Part shown: piece by piece, positions 9,778-19,474 of the stretch
How positions within the stretch are numbered: the first letter of the stretch is position 1
How the letters are laid out: each line of letters begins with the position of its first letter
DNA from: an uncultured Clostridium sp.
Lineage (GTDB): Bacteria; Bacillota; Clostridia; Oscillospirales; CAG-272
Direction: 5' to 3'
NCBI GenBank assembly: GCA_964526505.1
Contig: CAZGJC010000002.1
Location: 316 to 64,315, forward strand
DNA length: 64,000 nucleotides
Notes under the pieces: generated by a model
Seen by the model: only the letters and a program-made list of their open reading frames with translations
The model's database searches: none
Told to the model about the DNA's origin: nothing
Position numbers and translations under genes: made by a program

Positions 9778-12018
9778 TCAATCATATATGCTTAATTGTT
9801 GTTTTTCTATATCGCTCTCAGAAAGAAGAACGCCGGTTGCCGGTAGTTTCAGTTTACGGTATCCCTTTGTGTTCTCGAAAATTTCTTCAAAGTTCGATAC
9901 TACACGGGTGATTTTTACGTCTTGTTTGAGCGTCATAAGTTGAACTCCACCGGACGTTTTCGTTGTTTTTTGAGGAATCAACGACGTTTTGATTATTATT
10001 GCTCTGTCATTTGAAGATATAAGCATCAATTCAAACGGTTTCTTTTCAGTTTCGGCAAATATCTCAACAATCGGCGACGCATTTGAACATACACTTTTCA
10101 GTTTTTTGCGTGTGGCGGTTGTTTCGTAAGCCTTTTGCGGTATTTTGACGCCTTTTCCGTTTTCGAATATATAGATGAAATTTTCACCGTCATTGAATTG
10201 ATTTTGAATATTCATAAACAAAGGTTTCTCACCCGCTTCCATTCCAAGTTTGGCAGGAACGAATTCACCCATGGCAGACGCCTTGCTGTTTTCAAAATCG
10301 CTCACTTTCGCACGATACATTTGACAGTGATCCGTTATGAAAATTATTTCATCTTTGTTTTCCGCATCGAAAATTTGACGCAAACTGTCGCCGTCCTTGA
10401 AACGTTGTTCGTCGTTACCTTGAAGTGATTTGAAAGTAATCTTTTTGAAATAACCTTCCCTTGACAATACAAGTCGGCAAGGGTAGTTTTCTATTTCTTC
10501 TTCTTCGACATATGTGTCGATTTCGTGTGAATAAATAATTTGTGATTTTCTCGGTTGACCGTATTTTTTCTTTATTTCCGAAAGTTGTTTTGCAATTACG
10601 GCTTTAAGTTTATATTCGTCAGCCAATATTTCTTCAATCTCGGCGATCTGTTTTTTGAGATCCTCCATTTCGGATATTCGGTTCAAAATATACTCACGGT
10701 TCAGATTTCTGAGTTTTATATCCGCAATGAAGTTTGCTTGTATTTCGTCAATATCGAATTCTTTTTCGAGATTTGGAATTACGTCTTCGTCTTTTTCTGT
10801 TTTGCGGATAATTCTTATTGCCTTGTCTATGTCAAGCAGTATTCTTCCGAGACCGAGGAGCAGGTGAAGTTTATCTTTTTTCTTTTGAAGATCAAAATTC
10901 AATTCACGACGAAGGCATGCCATCCTGAATATTATCCACTCGGAAAGAATTTCGGAAACGCCCATTTGCCTTGGTTCCGCATCGATTATGATATTGAAAT
11001 TACATTTGAAACTGCTTTCAAGAGGTGTCATCTTGAAAAGTTTCTTCATAAGTTTATCGGGGTCAACACCCTTACGTAAATCCAGAGTTAATTTGAAACC
11101 GTCTTTGTCTATCTCATCTCGGAAATCAACTATTTCTTTGAGTTTGCCTTCTTTTATAAGTGCTGTGATTTTATTTTGTATCTGCTCTATGGTTGTTGAA
11201 TAGGGAATTTGTATTACGTCGATACAATTTTCGGTTGCGTCATAGGTATATCTTGCACGTATTTTGAACGAACCGTCTCCGGTTTCGTAAATGGTCTTCA
11301 TTTGCTCAAAATCGTAAATTATCTGTCCTCCTCCCGGAAAGTCGGGGGCTTTTACGATTTCCATGAGTTTTTCTGTGGGCAAATTCGGTTTTTTGAGTAT
11401 GGCTATTGTTCCGTCGCATATTTCGGCAAGATTAAAAGAACAAATATCCGATGCCATTCCGACGGCAATACCGCTATTTGGAGTTACCAGAATATTCGGA
11501 AACGTTGTGGGCAACAGAACGGGTTCTTTCATTGTTCCGTCGTAGTTATCCATCATATCCACGGCATTCTTATCTATACCGTCGAATATTTCGTTACAGA
11601 ATGTGTCAAGTTTTGCTTCCGTATAACGGGGAGCGGCATATTTCATATCTGACGAATACTGTTTACCGAAACTTCCTTTTGAGTCTATGAACGGATGAAG
11701 CAGGGTTTCGTTTCCTCTGGTAAGTCGTACCATTGTGTCGTAAATAGACTGGTCTCCGTGTGGGTGAAGTTTCATCGTTGATCCGACTATATTTGCACTT
11801 TTTGTTCTCGGACCGCTTATAAGTCCCATCTTATACATTGTATAAAGAAGTTTACGATGAGCAGGTTTAAAACCGTCTATCTCAGGTATTGCACGGGAGA
11901 CAATGACGCTCATGGTATATGGCATATAGTTTTTTTCAATTGTCTCGGTAATAGGCTGATTTACGACAGGGGCGTATACCAGTTCTTTTTTTTCTTCCTG
12001 TTTCTTTTTTCTCGCCAT
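9778..12018 (-). CDS. parC: Type IIA DNA topoisomerase subunit A (ParC/GyrA family)
   Basis: KLHPHGDQSIYDTMVRL, the catalytic Tyr context AAPRYTEAKL, and a C-terminal beta-pinwheel-like region. At 746 aa it fits ParC-like length. No subunit B gene is adjacent. Confidence 0.85.
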   Translation of the reverse strand: MARKKKQEEKKELVYAPVVNQPITETIEKNYMPYTMSVIVSRAIPEIDGFKPAHRKLLYTMYKMGLISGPRTKSANIVGSTMKLHPHGDQSIYDTMVRLTRGNETLLHPFIDSKGSFGKQYSSDMKYAAPRYTEAKLDTFCNEIFDGIDKNAVDMMDNYDGTMKEPVLLPTTFPNILVTPNSGIAVGMASDICSFNLAEICDGTIAILKKPNLPTEKLMEIVKAPDFPGGGQIIYDFEQMKTIYETGDGSFKIRARYTYDATENCIDVIQIPYSTTIEQIQNKITALIKEGKLKEIVDFRDEIDKDGFKLTLDLRKGVDPDKLMKKLFKMTPLESSFKCNFNIIIDAEPRQMGVSEILSEWIIFRMACLRRELNFDLQKKKDKLHLLLGLGRILLDIDKAIRIIRKTEKDEDVIPNLEKEFDIDEIQANFIADIKLRNLNREYILNRISEMEDLKKQIAEIEEILADEYKLKAVIAKQLSEIKKKYGQPRKSQIIYSHEIDTYVEEEEIENYPCRLVLSREGYFKKITFKSLQGNDEQRFKDGDSLRQIFDAENKDEIIFITDHCQMYRAKVSDFENSKASAMGEFVPAKLGMEAGEKPLFMNIQNQFNDGENFIYIFENGKGVKIPQKAYETTATRKKLKSVCSNASPIVEIFAETEKKPFELMLISSNDRAIIIKTSLIPQKTTKTSGGVQLMTLKQDVKITRVVSNFEEIFENTKGYRKLKLPATGVLLSESDIEKQQLSIYD

Positions 12019-12059
12019 ATTTTAGTATGACCTTACCTTTTCTGTATTTTGTATACCTT

Positions 12060-13100
12060 TTACTTTATTTCTTTTACGGTGTGTGCCGCCGCCCGTATCA
12101 TTCTGTTATACAAAGCCATGCCTATTCCGTCTTTGCTTGGCAGGTGGGCGTATATTACATCCGGTTCATATTTATCCGCTTCTCGTAGGGCAGAGAACAG
12201 ATTCCTCGCTTGCGTTGAAAGATCGTTTCGTCTTCCTATACATATAAGCCCTTCGGCTGACAGTTCGTTCGTCTCGTCGTCGTAGCAAAGTATAGTACAA
12301 TTCTTCGTTTCTTGTTCTTTTTTCAAAAATTCGATTACACGGTTATTTTCTCCTTGCAAAAGAACAAGGGGAGACGTCGGGGCATAGTGCTTGTATTTCA
12401 TACCGGGTGACAGCGGTCTTTCGTTTTCGGAAAGCGTTCCTTCTATTGTTGGGGAGATCGATACTTTATCACAAACGCAAAGCAGGGCATCATAGGTTAT
12501 TCCTCCCGGACGTAAAAGCGTTAGTGAATTGTCGGAATTTATCATAACTATCGTGGATTCCAAGCCTATTTCGCATTCGCCACCGTCTATAATCATATCC
12601 ACTTTTCCGTCAAGATCGTGTATGACGTGTTCGGCTGAGGTGGGAGATGGCTTACCCGACAGGTTTGCCGATGGTGCGGCTATCGGTACTTCCGCAGACT
12701 TTATTATTGCACGTGCGATTTCGCATGACGGACAACGAATTGCCACGGTTTCAAGACCGCCCGTGACCTCGTGAGGAATGGTATCTTTTTTTGGCAAGAT
12801 AACGGTGAGCGGACCCGGCATAAACGCTTTTGCGAGTTTATAGTAAATTTCGTTCGTATACGCATATTTTTCCGCTTCTGACGGCTCGCATATGTGTATT
12901 ATTAACGGGTTGTCGGAAGGACGACCCTTTGCCGAATATATTTTTTTTGCCGAGTCGGGATTTGTTCCGTCTCCGCCAAGACCGTAAACTGTTTCGGTGG
13001 GAATAACGACAAGCCCCCCGCTTTTTATGATTTTGCCTGCGTTATTTATTTCATTAACCGAGAGGGAAACGTCTTTTATTTTTACAACTTGTGTGTTCAT
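12060..13100 (-). CDS. tsaC: L-threonylcarbamoyladenylate synthase (Sua5/TsaC, long form with Sua5 C-terminal domain)
   Basis: YrdC-domain motifs VVIPTETVYGLGGDG and KGRPSDNPLIIH, followed by a C-terminal Sua5 domain. There is a 4-nt overlap with prfA. Confidence 0.92.
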   Translation of the reverse strand: MNTQVVKIKDVSLSVNEINNAGKIIKSGGLVVIPTETVYGLGGDGTNPDSAKKIYSAKGRPSDNPLIIHICEPSEAEKYAYTNEIYYKLAKAFMPGPLTVILPKKDTIPHEVTGGLETVAIRCPSCEIARAIIKSAEVPIAAPSANLSGKPSPTSAEHVIHDLDGKVDMIIDGGECEIGLESTIVMINSDNSLTLLRPGGITYDALLCVCDKVSISPTIEGTLSENERPLSPGMKYKHYAPTSPLVLLQGENNRVIEFLKKEQETKNCTILCYDDETNELSAEGLICIGRRNDLSTQARNLFSALREADKYEPDVIYAHLPSKDGIGMALYNRMIRAAAHTVKEIK

Positions 13101-14176
13101 ATGCTTTCACTCTTAGAGTTGATTTTTTCGGCGGTATCGGCAGAGATAAGTGCATCTATCATATTGCCGATATTGCCGTTTACAAAACTTTCCAAAGAAT
13201 ACAGGGTGAGTCCTATCCTGTGATCTGTTACACGTGATTGAGGATAATTATATGTGCGGATTTTTTCACTACGGTCGCCCGTCCCAACTTGGCTTTTTCT
13301 GTTCGATGCGATTTTTTCCGACTGTTCACGCTGTTTTATATCGTATAATTTCGCCTTTAACATTTTTAGTGCTTTATCTTTGTTTTTAAATTGGGAACGT
13401 TCCTCTTGACATTCTACGATAATTCCGGAAGGTTTGTGCGTGAGTCTTATTGCAGACTCGGTTTTATTTATATGCTGACCGCCTGCTCCGCTCGATTTGC
13501 ATGATTCGAAAAGGAGATCGGAGTCTTTTATTTCAATTTCGACGTCTTCAACTTCGGGGAGAACGGCAACTGTTGCTGTGGACGTTTGTATTCTGCCCTG
13601 AGATTCCGTTTCGGGTACTCGTTGCACACGATGAACACCGGATTCGAATTTAAATCTTGAATATGCACCATCGCCGTCAACGCAAAAAACTATTTCTTTA
13701 AATCCTCCGAGTTCTGTCGGATTTGAACTTAAAACGGAAGTTTTGAATCCTGAGTTTGTTGCATACATTGTATACATACGATACAGAACTGCGGCGAACA
13801 GTGCCGCTTCTTCACCGCCTGCACCTGACCTTATTTCAACGATTACGTTTTTGTCGTCGTTGGGATCACGTGGAATGAGCATTAAAGTCAGGTCATTGTG
13901 CAAGGTTTGAATCTTGGCTTTTGAAATTTTGAGTTCTTCCGATGCAAGTTCTTTTAAATCATCGTCTTTCGATTCCGAAAGAATCTGTTCTGCATCGGAG
14001 ATATCCTGTTTTACGGATTTGTATTCTCTGTATTTTTCGACTATCGGAGAAAGAACGTTGAATTCTTTTACGGCTTTTGCGTAAAGTTTTGCGTCGGATA
14101 ATAGGGAAGTATTATTTGCAAGTTCAAATTCGAGTTTTGTGAATTTTTCCTCGGTTTGTTGAAGTTTATCAATCAT
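13097..14176 (-). CDS. prfA: Peptide chain release factor 1
   Basis: GGQ motif SGAGGQHINKTESAIRLTH, and RF1-type P-x-T (VQRVPETESQGRIQTS). Confidence 0.97.
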   Translation of the reverse strand: MIDKLQQTEEKFTKLEFELANNTSLLSDAKLYAKAVKEFNVLSPIVEKYREYKSVKQDISDAEQILSESKDDDLKELASEELKISKAKIQTLHNDLTLMLIPRDPNDDKNVIVEIRSGAGGEEAALFAAVLYRMYTMYATNSGFKTSVLSSNPTELGGFKEIVFCVDGDGAYSRFKFESGVHRVQRVPETESQGRIQTSTATVAVLPEVEDVEIEIKDSDLLFESCKSSGAGGQHINKTESAIRLTHKPSGIIVECQEERSQFKNKDKALKMLKAKLYDIKQREQSEKIASNRKSQVGTGDRSEKIRTYNYPQSRVTDHRIGLTLYSLESFVNGNIGNMIDALISADTAEKINSKSESI

Positions 14177-15546
14177 TATGCTTTACAGAAAGCAAGGAAT
14201 GCCTTATGTGCAGTGTAAACGTCGGTTTTGGATACGACTTCATAAGGAGCGTGCATGGAGATTACCGGAACCCCGAGGTCAACGGTTTCAATGTTATGTT
14301 CCGCAATAAATTTAGCAACGGTTCCGCCACCGCCGAGGTCGTTTCTTCCCATATCGCCCGCTTGCCAGATTACGCCGTTATCTTCCATTATTTTTCTTAT
14401 CCAAGCGACATATTCCGCAGGAGCGTCGTTTGTTCCCGATTTTCCGCCGTGACCTGTATATTTAGACATAGCGACACCGCAGTTTATGCGAGTAACGTTC
14501 TTGGGGTCGTAGCATTCCGAGAAGTTCGGATCGAAACAGGCTGTTACGTCGGCAGAGAGACATTTGGAATTTGCCTTGCAAGCAAAGTAATTTCCGCCGA
14601 GGGCGTTGCAAATGGATTGCATAATATCGGTAAACAGTTCGGATTTCATACCTGTGTTTCCTTCGCTTCCGATTTCTTCTTTGTCTGCGAGGACAACCAT
14701 AACGGTGTGTTCGGTGTCATCTGATTCAAACAAAGCGGTAAGGGAAGGATACGCACATACTTTGTCATCGTGACCGTAAGCACAGATAAGAGAACGGTCA
14801 AATCCAACGTCACGTGCCTTTCCGGCAGGAACTACGAATATATCTGCCGAAAGAAAATCTTCTTCGTCAATTCCGTATTTCTCATTTATAAGAGTCAGAA
14901 TATTCATTTTTATGGAATTGCTTTCTTCACCTTCTGCAATAGGGCGTGAACCGAGCAATATGTTGAGATTTTCAGCGGGAATTGCCGTTCCGAGTGTTTT
15001 TTGGCTTTGTTCCTGAGCAAGGTGAGGAAGAAGGTCGTTGATGTAGAATATGGGATCTGCGTCGTCATCGCCAACGTTTATATCTACCACTTCGCCACTC
15101 TTTTTAACTATTACGCCGTGAAGAGACAAGGGGAGCGCAACCCATTGGTATTTACGCACACCGCCGTAATATCTTGTCTTTGCAAAGCAAAATCCACCGT
15201 CTTCATAAATGGGCGACTGCTTGAAGTCAAGTCTCGGGCTATCTATGTGAGAGGCGAGTATTCTCATACCGTTGTTGATATTTTCGCTTCCTATTCTGAA
15301 CAAGAAAAGGCTACGTGAACGGTTATTATAGTAGTATTTTTCACCGGGATTTATTTCCATTCCGAAATTATATGGTTTATAGCCATTTTCTTCTGCAAGA
15401 GCAATAGAATGTTTTACAGCCTCACGCTCTGTTTTTGACTTGTTGAGGTAGTCGACGTATCCGTTACAGTATTCATAAGCGGTATTTATTTGCTCGCTTG
15501 TGCTTTCTTTGTAAAAGTTTTTCTTTTTGTAGGTAAGTTCGCTCAT
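14176..15546 (-). CDS. M18-family aminopeptidase
   Basis: LASHIDSPRLDFK, LADKEEIGSEG and DLGVPVISMHAP are typical of M18/aspartyl aminopeptidase-like enzymes. Its stop overlaps the prfA ATG by 1 nt (TAATG). Confidence 0.85.
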   Translation of the reverse strand: MSELTYKKKNFYKESTSEQINTAYEYCNGYVDYLNKSKTEREAVKHSIALAEENGYKPYNFGMEINPGEKYYYNNRSRSLFLFRIGSENINNGMRILASHIDSPRLDFKQSPIYEDGGFCFAKTRYYGGVRKYQWVALPLSLHGVIVKKSGEVVDINVGDDDADPIFYINDLLPHLAQEQSQKTLGTAIPAENLNILLGSRPIAEGEESNSIKMNILTLINEKYGIDEEDFLSADIFVVPAGKARDVGFDRSLICAYGHDDKVCAYPSLTALFESDDTEHTVMVVLADKEEIGSEGNTGMKSELFTDIMQSICNALGGNYFACKANSKCLSADVTACFDPNFSECYDPKNVTRINCGVAMSKYTGHGGKSGTNDAPAEYVAWIRKIMEDNGVIWQAGDMGRNDLGGGGTVAKFIAEHNIETVDLGVPVISMHAPYEVVSKTDVYTAHKAFLAFCKA

Positions 15547-15572
15547 AATTTGTATCTCCTTGAATTTAAAAT

Positions 15573-16166
15573 TTATTCGTTATAAAGTTTGTCGTATTTT
15601 TCTATGTATTTGTTAACTTTATCAACGTATTTTCTTGTCTCTTTTATGGGAATTTTGTCAAGTGTTTTTCCGTCGGAAGAATATTTTGGATTTTCCAACC
15701 AGTCGTTTACGTTTCCGAGACCGGCATTATATGCGGCAAACGTAATTGACCAATCACCGTAAATATTGTGCAAGTATGATAGATAATACGTACCGTATCG
15801 TATATTTGTTTCGGAATCGAATAGCATTCCGGAATCAAGATATTCTTTGAGATGCGTATCGGTAAGTTCTTCAAACGTGCTTGGCATTATTTGCATAAGA
15901 CCTATCGCTCCGGCACCGGATTTGGCGGTATAATCAAACCCGCTTTCCGCTTTTATCACGGAATATATTATGTGTTCGGGAACGTCATATTTCTCGGAAT
16001 ATTTATTTATAATATCCGAATATTCCGACGGTTTGTTAAATCTTGCATATTCGATTTTAGTGATGATAAAATCAAATACAAAGCCTAAAATGAAAGCCAA
16101 AACGAGGGATATGACAATCGCCGAGGTATACCTTTTTCGCATAATGGTTTTATCGTTGTATTTCAA
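15573..16166 (-). CDS. Membrane-anchored lytic transglycosylase (SLT domain)
   Basis: N-terminal TM segment, then AESGFDYTAKSGAGAIGLMQIMPSTF and AYNAGLGNV. Confidence 0.88.
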   Translation of the reverse strand: MKYNDKTIMRKRYTSAIVISLVLAFILGFVFDFIITKIEYARFNKPSEYSDIINKYSEKYDVPEHIIYSVIKAESGFDYTAKSGAGAIGLMQIMPSTFEELTDTHLKEYLDSGMLFDSETNIRYGTYYLSYLHNIYGDWSITFAAYNAGLGNVNDWLENPKYSSDGKTLDKIPIKETRKYVDKVNKYIEKYDKLYNE

Positions 16167-16777
16167 TCTATCCCCTCCAAAATTTTCTTTTGCTTGAATA
16201 GGCTGATAATATTTTTTTGCAAATTTTCTTTGTTTTCATCGTTGTACAGAACAACATCAGAGTTCTCTATATAGAAATCGTCAGGTTTTTGAGAATCTAT
16301 TCTGGAAATTGCATTATCAAATGATATGTTGTCACGCAGAGCTATTCTTTCAGCACGTAAATTCTTGTTTGCAAGTATGGATATGACAAAATCACATACA
16401 TTATTAAGCCCGGACTCAATGAGCAACGGAGCGTCAATAATGCAACAACGAACGTTCTGCGAGTCGTAGTACCTTAAAATTTGGTTTATCCTCGCACAAA
16501 CATACTTGTGCGTAATAAGGTTAAGTTTTTCCAACTTGTCGGAGTTTTCTTTGCCGAAAACCAATTTTGAAAGAGCGTGTCTATCAAGTTGACCTCCCGG
16601 ATTGAGTATGCCGTATCCGAAGACTTCGATTATTTCATCTAAACATGGAGAGGGCGGAACTATTAGGTTGTGATATACAACGTCGGCGTCAATATACTCA
16701 ATATGATATTTTGACAGAAAACGAGCCACTTCACTTTTTCCCGAACCGCTCGGCCCCGTTAAGCCTATCACGACCAT
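16163..16777 (-). CDS. coaE: Dephospho-CoA kinase
   Basis: P-loop VIGLTGPSGSGKS; the start at 16777 follows AGGAGA. Typical CoaE length. Confidence 0.9.
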   Translation of the reverse strand: MVVIGLTGPSGSGKSEVARFLSKYHIEYIDADVVYHNLIVPPSPCLDEIIEVFGYGILNPGGQLDRHALSKLVFGKENSDKLEKLNLITHKYVCARINQILRYYDSQNVRCCIIDAPLLIESGLNNVCDFVISILANKNLRAERIALRDNISFDNAISRIDSQKPDDFYIENSDVVLYNDENKENLQKNIISLFKQKKILEGID

Positions 16778-16884
16778 ACACAGTTTCTCCTTGTGATAAA
16801 AATATACCAAAATATATTATACCTCATTTGCTCTTTTTTTGCAAGTGGTTAAGGAAAATCTTTTGAAAAACAAATGAAAAAATA

Positions 16885-16913
16885 TTGCTTTTTCATTAAC
16901 ATTATTGTATAAT
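16885..16913 (+). promoter_or_regulatory. Sigma-A promoter (TTGCTT-17-TATAAT) for the HAD/murB/whiA/dnaE gene string
   Basis: ttgctt tttcattaacattattg tataat. Confidence 0.5.
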
Positions 16914-16944
16914 GATAATATATTTTACATATTGTGAGGAAAAC

Positions 16945-17631
16945 ATGCCTAAATATGACATTTTGCTTTTCGATGCAGATCAAACTTTGCTGGATTTTCG
17001 CCGTTCCGAAAAGGAAGCGGTAATTGATTGTTTTAATAGTTTTTCCATTCCCACAACCGATGACAATATAAAACTGTATTCAAGCATAAACGATTTTTAT
17101 TGGAAAATGCTTGAACGTGGGGAAATCGAAAAAAGCAAACTGCTGGTGGAGCGTTGGAGAACTTTCGGAAAGAAATGCGGTCTTGATTTTGATGCCGAAA
17201 AAATGAGTTCACTTTATCTTGAAAATTTGTCCCATAAGTCATATGTAATAAATGGTGCTACGGAGATTTGCGAAAGACTTTCTGAATTTTGCAGACTCTA
17301 TATTATTACAAACGGGAACAAAAAAGTTCAAAACGGAAGATTTTCAAAATTGAAGTTGTCCGAATATTTCAAAGATAGATTCATATCGGAAGATATAGGG
17401 TATGAAAAACCAAATATAAGATTTTTCAAAGAAGTTGAAAAGAGAATAGAAAATTTTGACAGAGAGCATTCCATTGTAATAGGCGATTCATTGACCAGTG
17501 ATATAATGGGAGGCATAAATGCCGGAATTGATACGTGCTGGTATAATCCGGATAGACACAAATGCCCCGACAATATAAAAATCAACTATACAGTGCGGAG
17601 TCTTTCTGAAATCGAGGAAATTGTTTTATGA
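16945..17631 (+). CDS. HAD-IA hydrolase, YjjG-family noncanonical pyrimidine nucleotidase
   Basis: ILLFDADQTLLDF (DxD motif), IITNG, EDIGYEKPNIRFF and VIGDSLTSDIMGGINAGIDTCWYNP. Confidence 0.85.
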   Translation: MPKYDILLFDADQTLLDFRRSEKEAVIDCFNSFSIPTTDDNIKLYSSINDFYWKMLERGEIEKSKLLVERWRTFGKKCGLDFDAEKMSSLYLENLSHKSYVINGATEICERLSEFCRLYIITNGNKKVQNGRFSKLKLSEYFKDRFISEDIGYEKPNIRFFKEVEKRIENFDREHSIVIGDSLTSDIMGGINAGIDTCWYNPDRHKCPDNIKINYTVRSLSEIEEIVL

Positions 17632-18536
17632 TTTTTAATTTGCCTGATACGTTGGAAATTAAAGAAAACTTACCATTGTGCAGGTACAGTTCCTTTAAAA
17701 TCGGAGGACCTGCCGATTATGCAGTGTTTCCGAGAACGATTAACGAGTTTACGGAGACGGTTGATCGCTTGCAGTCCGGTAACGTGAGATTTGACGTTGT
17801 CGGAAATGCGAGCAACATATTGTTCGACGATAACGGATACAGGGGGGCATTGATTTTTACACATAAAATGTGTAATGCAAAAGTTTATGCATATGATGAG
17901 CGTTACGTTGCAAATGTGGAGTGCGGAAAAAAACTTACGGAATTGTCATTTGAAACATTAAAGAAGCATAATCTCAAAGGTCTTGAATTTGCATATGGCA
18001 TTCCCGGAAGCGTCGGTGGTGCGGTATATATGAATGCAGGGGCGTATGGCTCACAAATGTCAGATATTGTTTCGGAAAGCCTATGCTATGATGCAAAAGA
18101 AAAGAAAATATTTGCACTTGATTTTGACGGGCATAACTTTTCATACAGACACAGTTTTTTTCAGGATAACAAGAATGTTTTTGTATTATCGGTCAAACTT
18201 AATCTTTTCCTTGACGTGAATGGTTCTGCACTCAAAGTTGCCCTTGATAATATGCAAAGCAGAAAGGAAAAACAACCACTGGAATATCCTAATGCGGGAA
18301 GCACGTTTAAGCGTCCCGAAGGGTATATCGTCGCAAAACTGATAGACGATCAGGGGCTTAAAGGTTATTCCGTGGGAGGAGCAGAAGTATCGTCAAAGCA
18401 TGCGGGTTTTATTGTAAATAAAGGCGATGCTAAGTCCGCAGACGTTTTAAAACTTATGGAAATTGTTAGCGACCGCATAAAAGACGCATATGGGATTAGA
18501 CTTACTCCCGAAATAATATATATACCTGAAAAATAG
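17628..18536 (+). CDS. murB: UDP-N-acetylenolpyruvoylglucosamine reductase
   Basis: SSFKIGGPADY, GNASNILFDD, NAGSTFKRPEG and GGAEVSSKHAGFIVN. Confidence 0.95.
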   Translation: MIFNLPDTLEIKENLPLCRYSSFKIGGPADYAVFPRTINEFTETVDRLQSGNVRFDVVGNASNILFDDNGYRGALIFTHKMCNAKVYAYDERYVANVECGKKLTELSFETLKKHNLKGLEFAYGIPGSVGGAVYMNAGAYGSQMSDIVSESLCYDAKEKKIFALDFDGHNFSYRHSFFQDNKNVFVLSVKLNLFLDVNGSALKVALDNMQSRKEKQPLEYPNAGSTFKRPEGYIVAKLIDDQGLKGYSVGGAEVSSKHAGFIVNKGDAKSADVLKLMEIVSDRIKDAYGIRLTPEIIYIPEK

Positions 18537-18550
18537 TATTTGGAGCAAAA

Positions 18551-19447
18551 ATGTCATTTTCAACAGAAGTAAAATCAAATATTTTAAGTTTAAAATTTAA
18601 GCACAAATGCTGTAAAAAAGCGTTTTTTTACGGGGTGTTAATGGGTGCGGAAGTTTCCGACGGATTATTGTCGGTGAAAATATCCGACAGTGAATGTGCT
18701 GATTTTATAACATATATAGCAAGTACGGTTTTCAAAATAAAAGAAATGGATATAAGCGAGGTTTCACGTGGATTTTGTCGTATGACCACGATAAAATTCA
18801 AATTGCCGACATTTATCTCCATGCTGAATGATATTGACGGTAACGTGGCAAAAGAGGATATTTTGACGAGTTTTTTCGATTGCGAAAGTTGCATTTCATA
18901 TTTTTTCGGCGGATTATTTTGTGCTACCGGTACGCTGAGTGACCCGGAAAAATGCCACAGTCTCGAAATGTCTTTGCCTAACAAGCAACGGGCGGAAATT
19001 ATAAATGCACTTTTCGTATCAAGAACGGATCTTGTACCGAAAATAATAAAGAGAAAAAAAGGATATGGGGTTTATTTCAGGAGTGCCGACGGCGTAGTTG
19101 GTTTTTTAACTTTGTGCAATATCGGAACGGTTGTTTTCGATTACTTAAATCAACAGTTCAGCAATCAGTTGAGAAGCGATGAAAACAGAGCGACAAACTG
19201 TGTAACAAGTAATATAAAACGATCTGTATCTGCAAATCTTCCTCAAATACGTGCAATTCAAAAACTAATGGACAGTGGAAAGTATAATTTACTGTCCGAC
19301 GAATTAAAGGAAACGGCTACGTTGCGTATTGAAAATCCGGAACTTTCACTTAAAGCACTGGCATCAATACACAATCCCACCATAACGAAGTCGGGACTTG
19401 TACACAGAATAGAAAAAATAATAAAACTGTCAGACGAACAGCTATAA
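18551..19447 (+). CDS. whiA: DNA-binding sporulation/cell-division regulator WhiA
   Basis: MSFSTEVKSNIL N-terminus, a degenerate LAGLIDADG-like core, and a C-terminal HTH (ITKSGLVHRIEKI). Confidence 0.9.
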   Translation: MSFSTEVKSNILSLKFKHKCCKKAFFYGVLMGAEVSDGLLSVKISDSECADFITYIASTVFKIKEMDISEVSRGFCRMTTIKFKLPTFISMLNDIDGNVAKEDILTSFFDCESCISYFFGGLFCATGTLSDPEKCHSLEMSLPNKQRAEIINALFVSRTDLVPKIIKRKKGYGVYFRSADGVVGFLTLCNIGTVVFDYLNQQFSNQLRSDENRATNCVTSNIKRSVSANLPQIRAIQKLMDSGKYNLLSDELKETATLRIENPELSLKALASIHNPTITKSGLVHRIEKIIKLSDEQL

Positions 19448-19474
19448 ATTATAACGGGAGGTTAAAACTATCAA

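Noticed and set aside
13097-14176. Programmed +1 frameshift of the kind seen in release-factor genes
   Set aside because: That mechanism belongs to prfB (RF2). This gene is RF1 (P-E-T tripeptide, single uninterrupted ORF).
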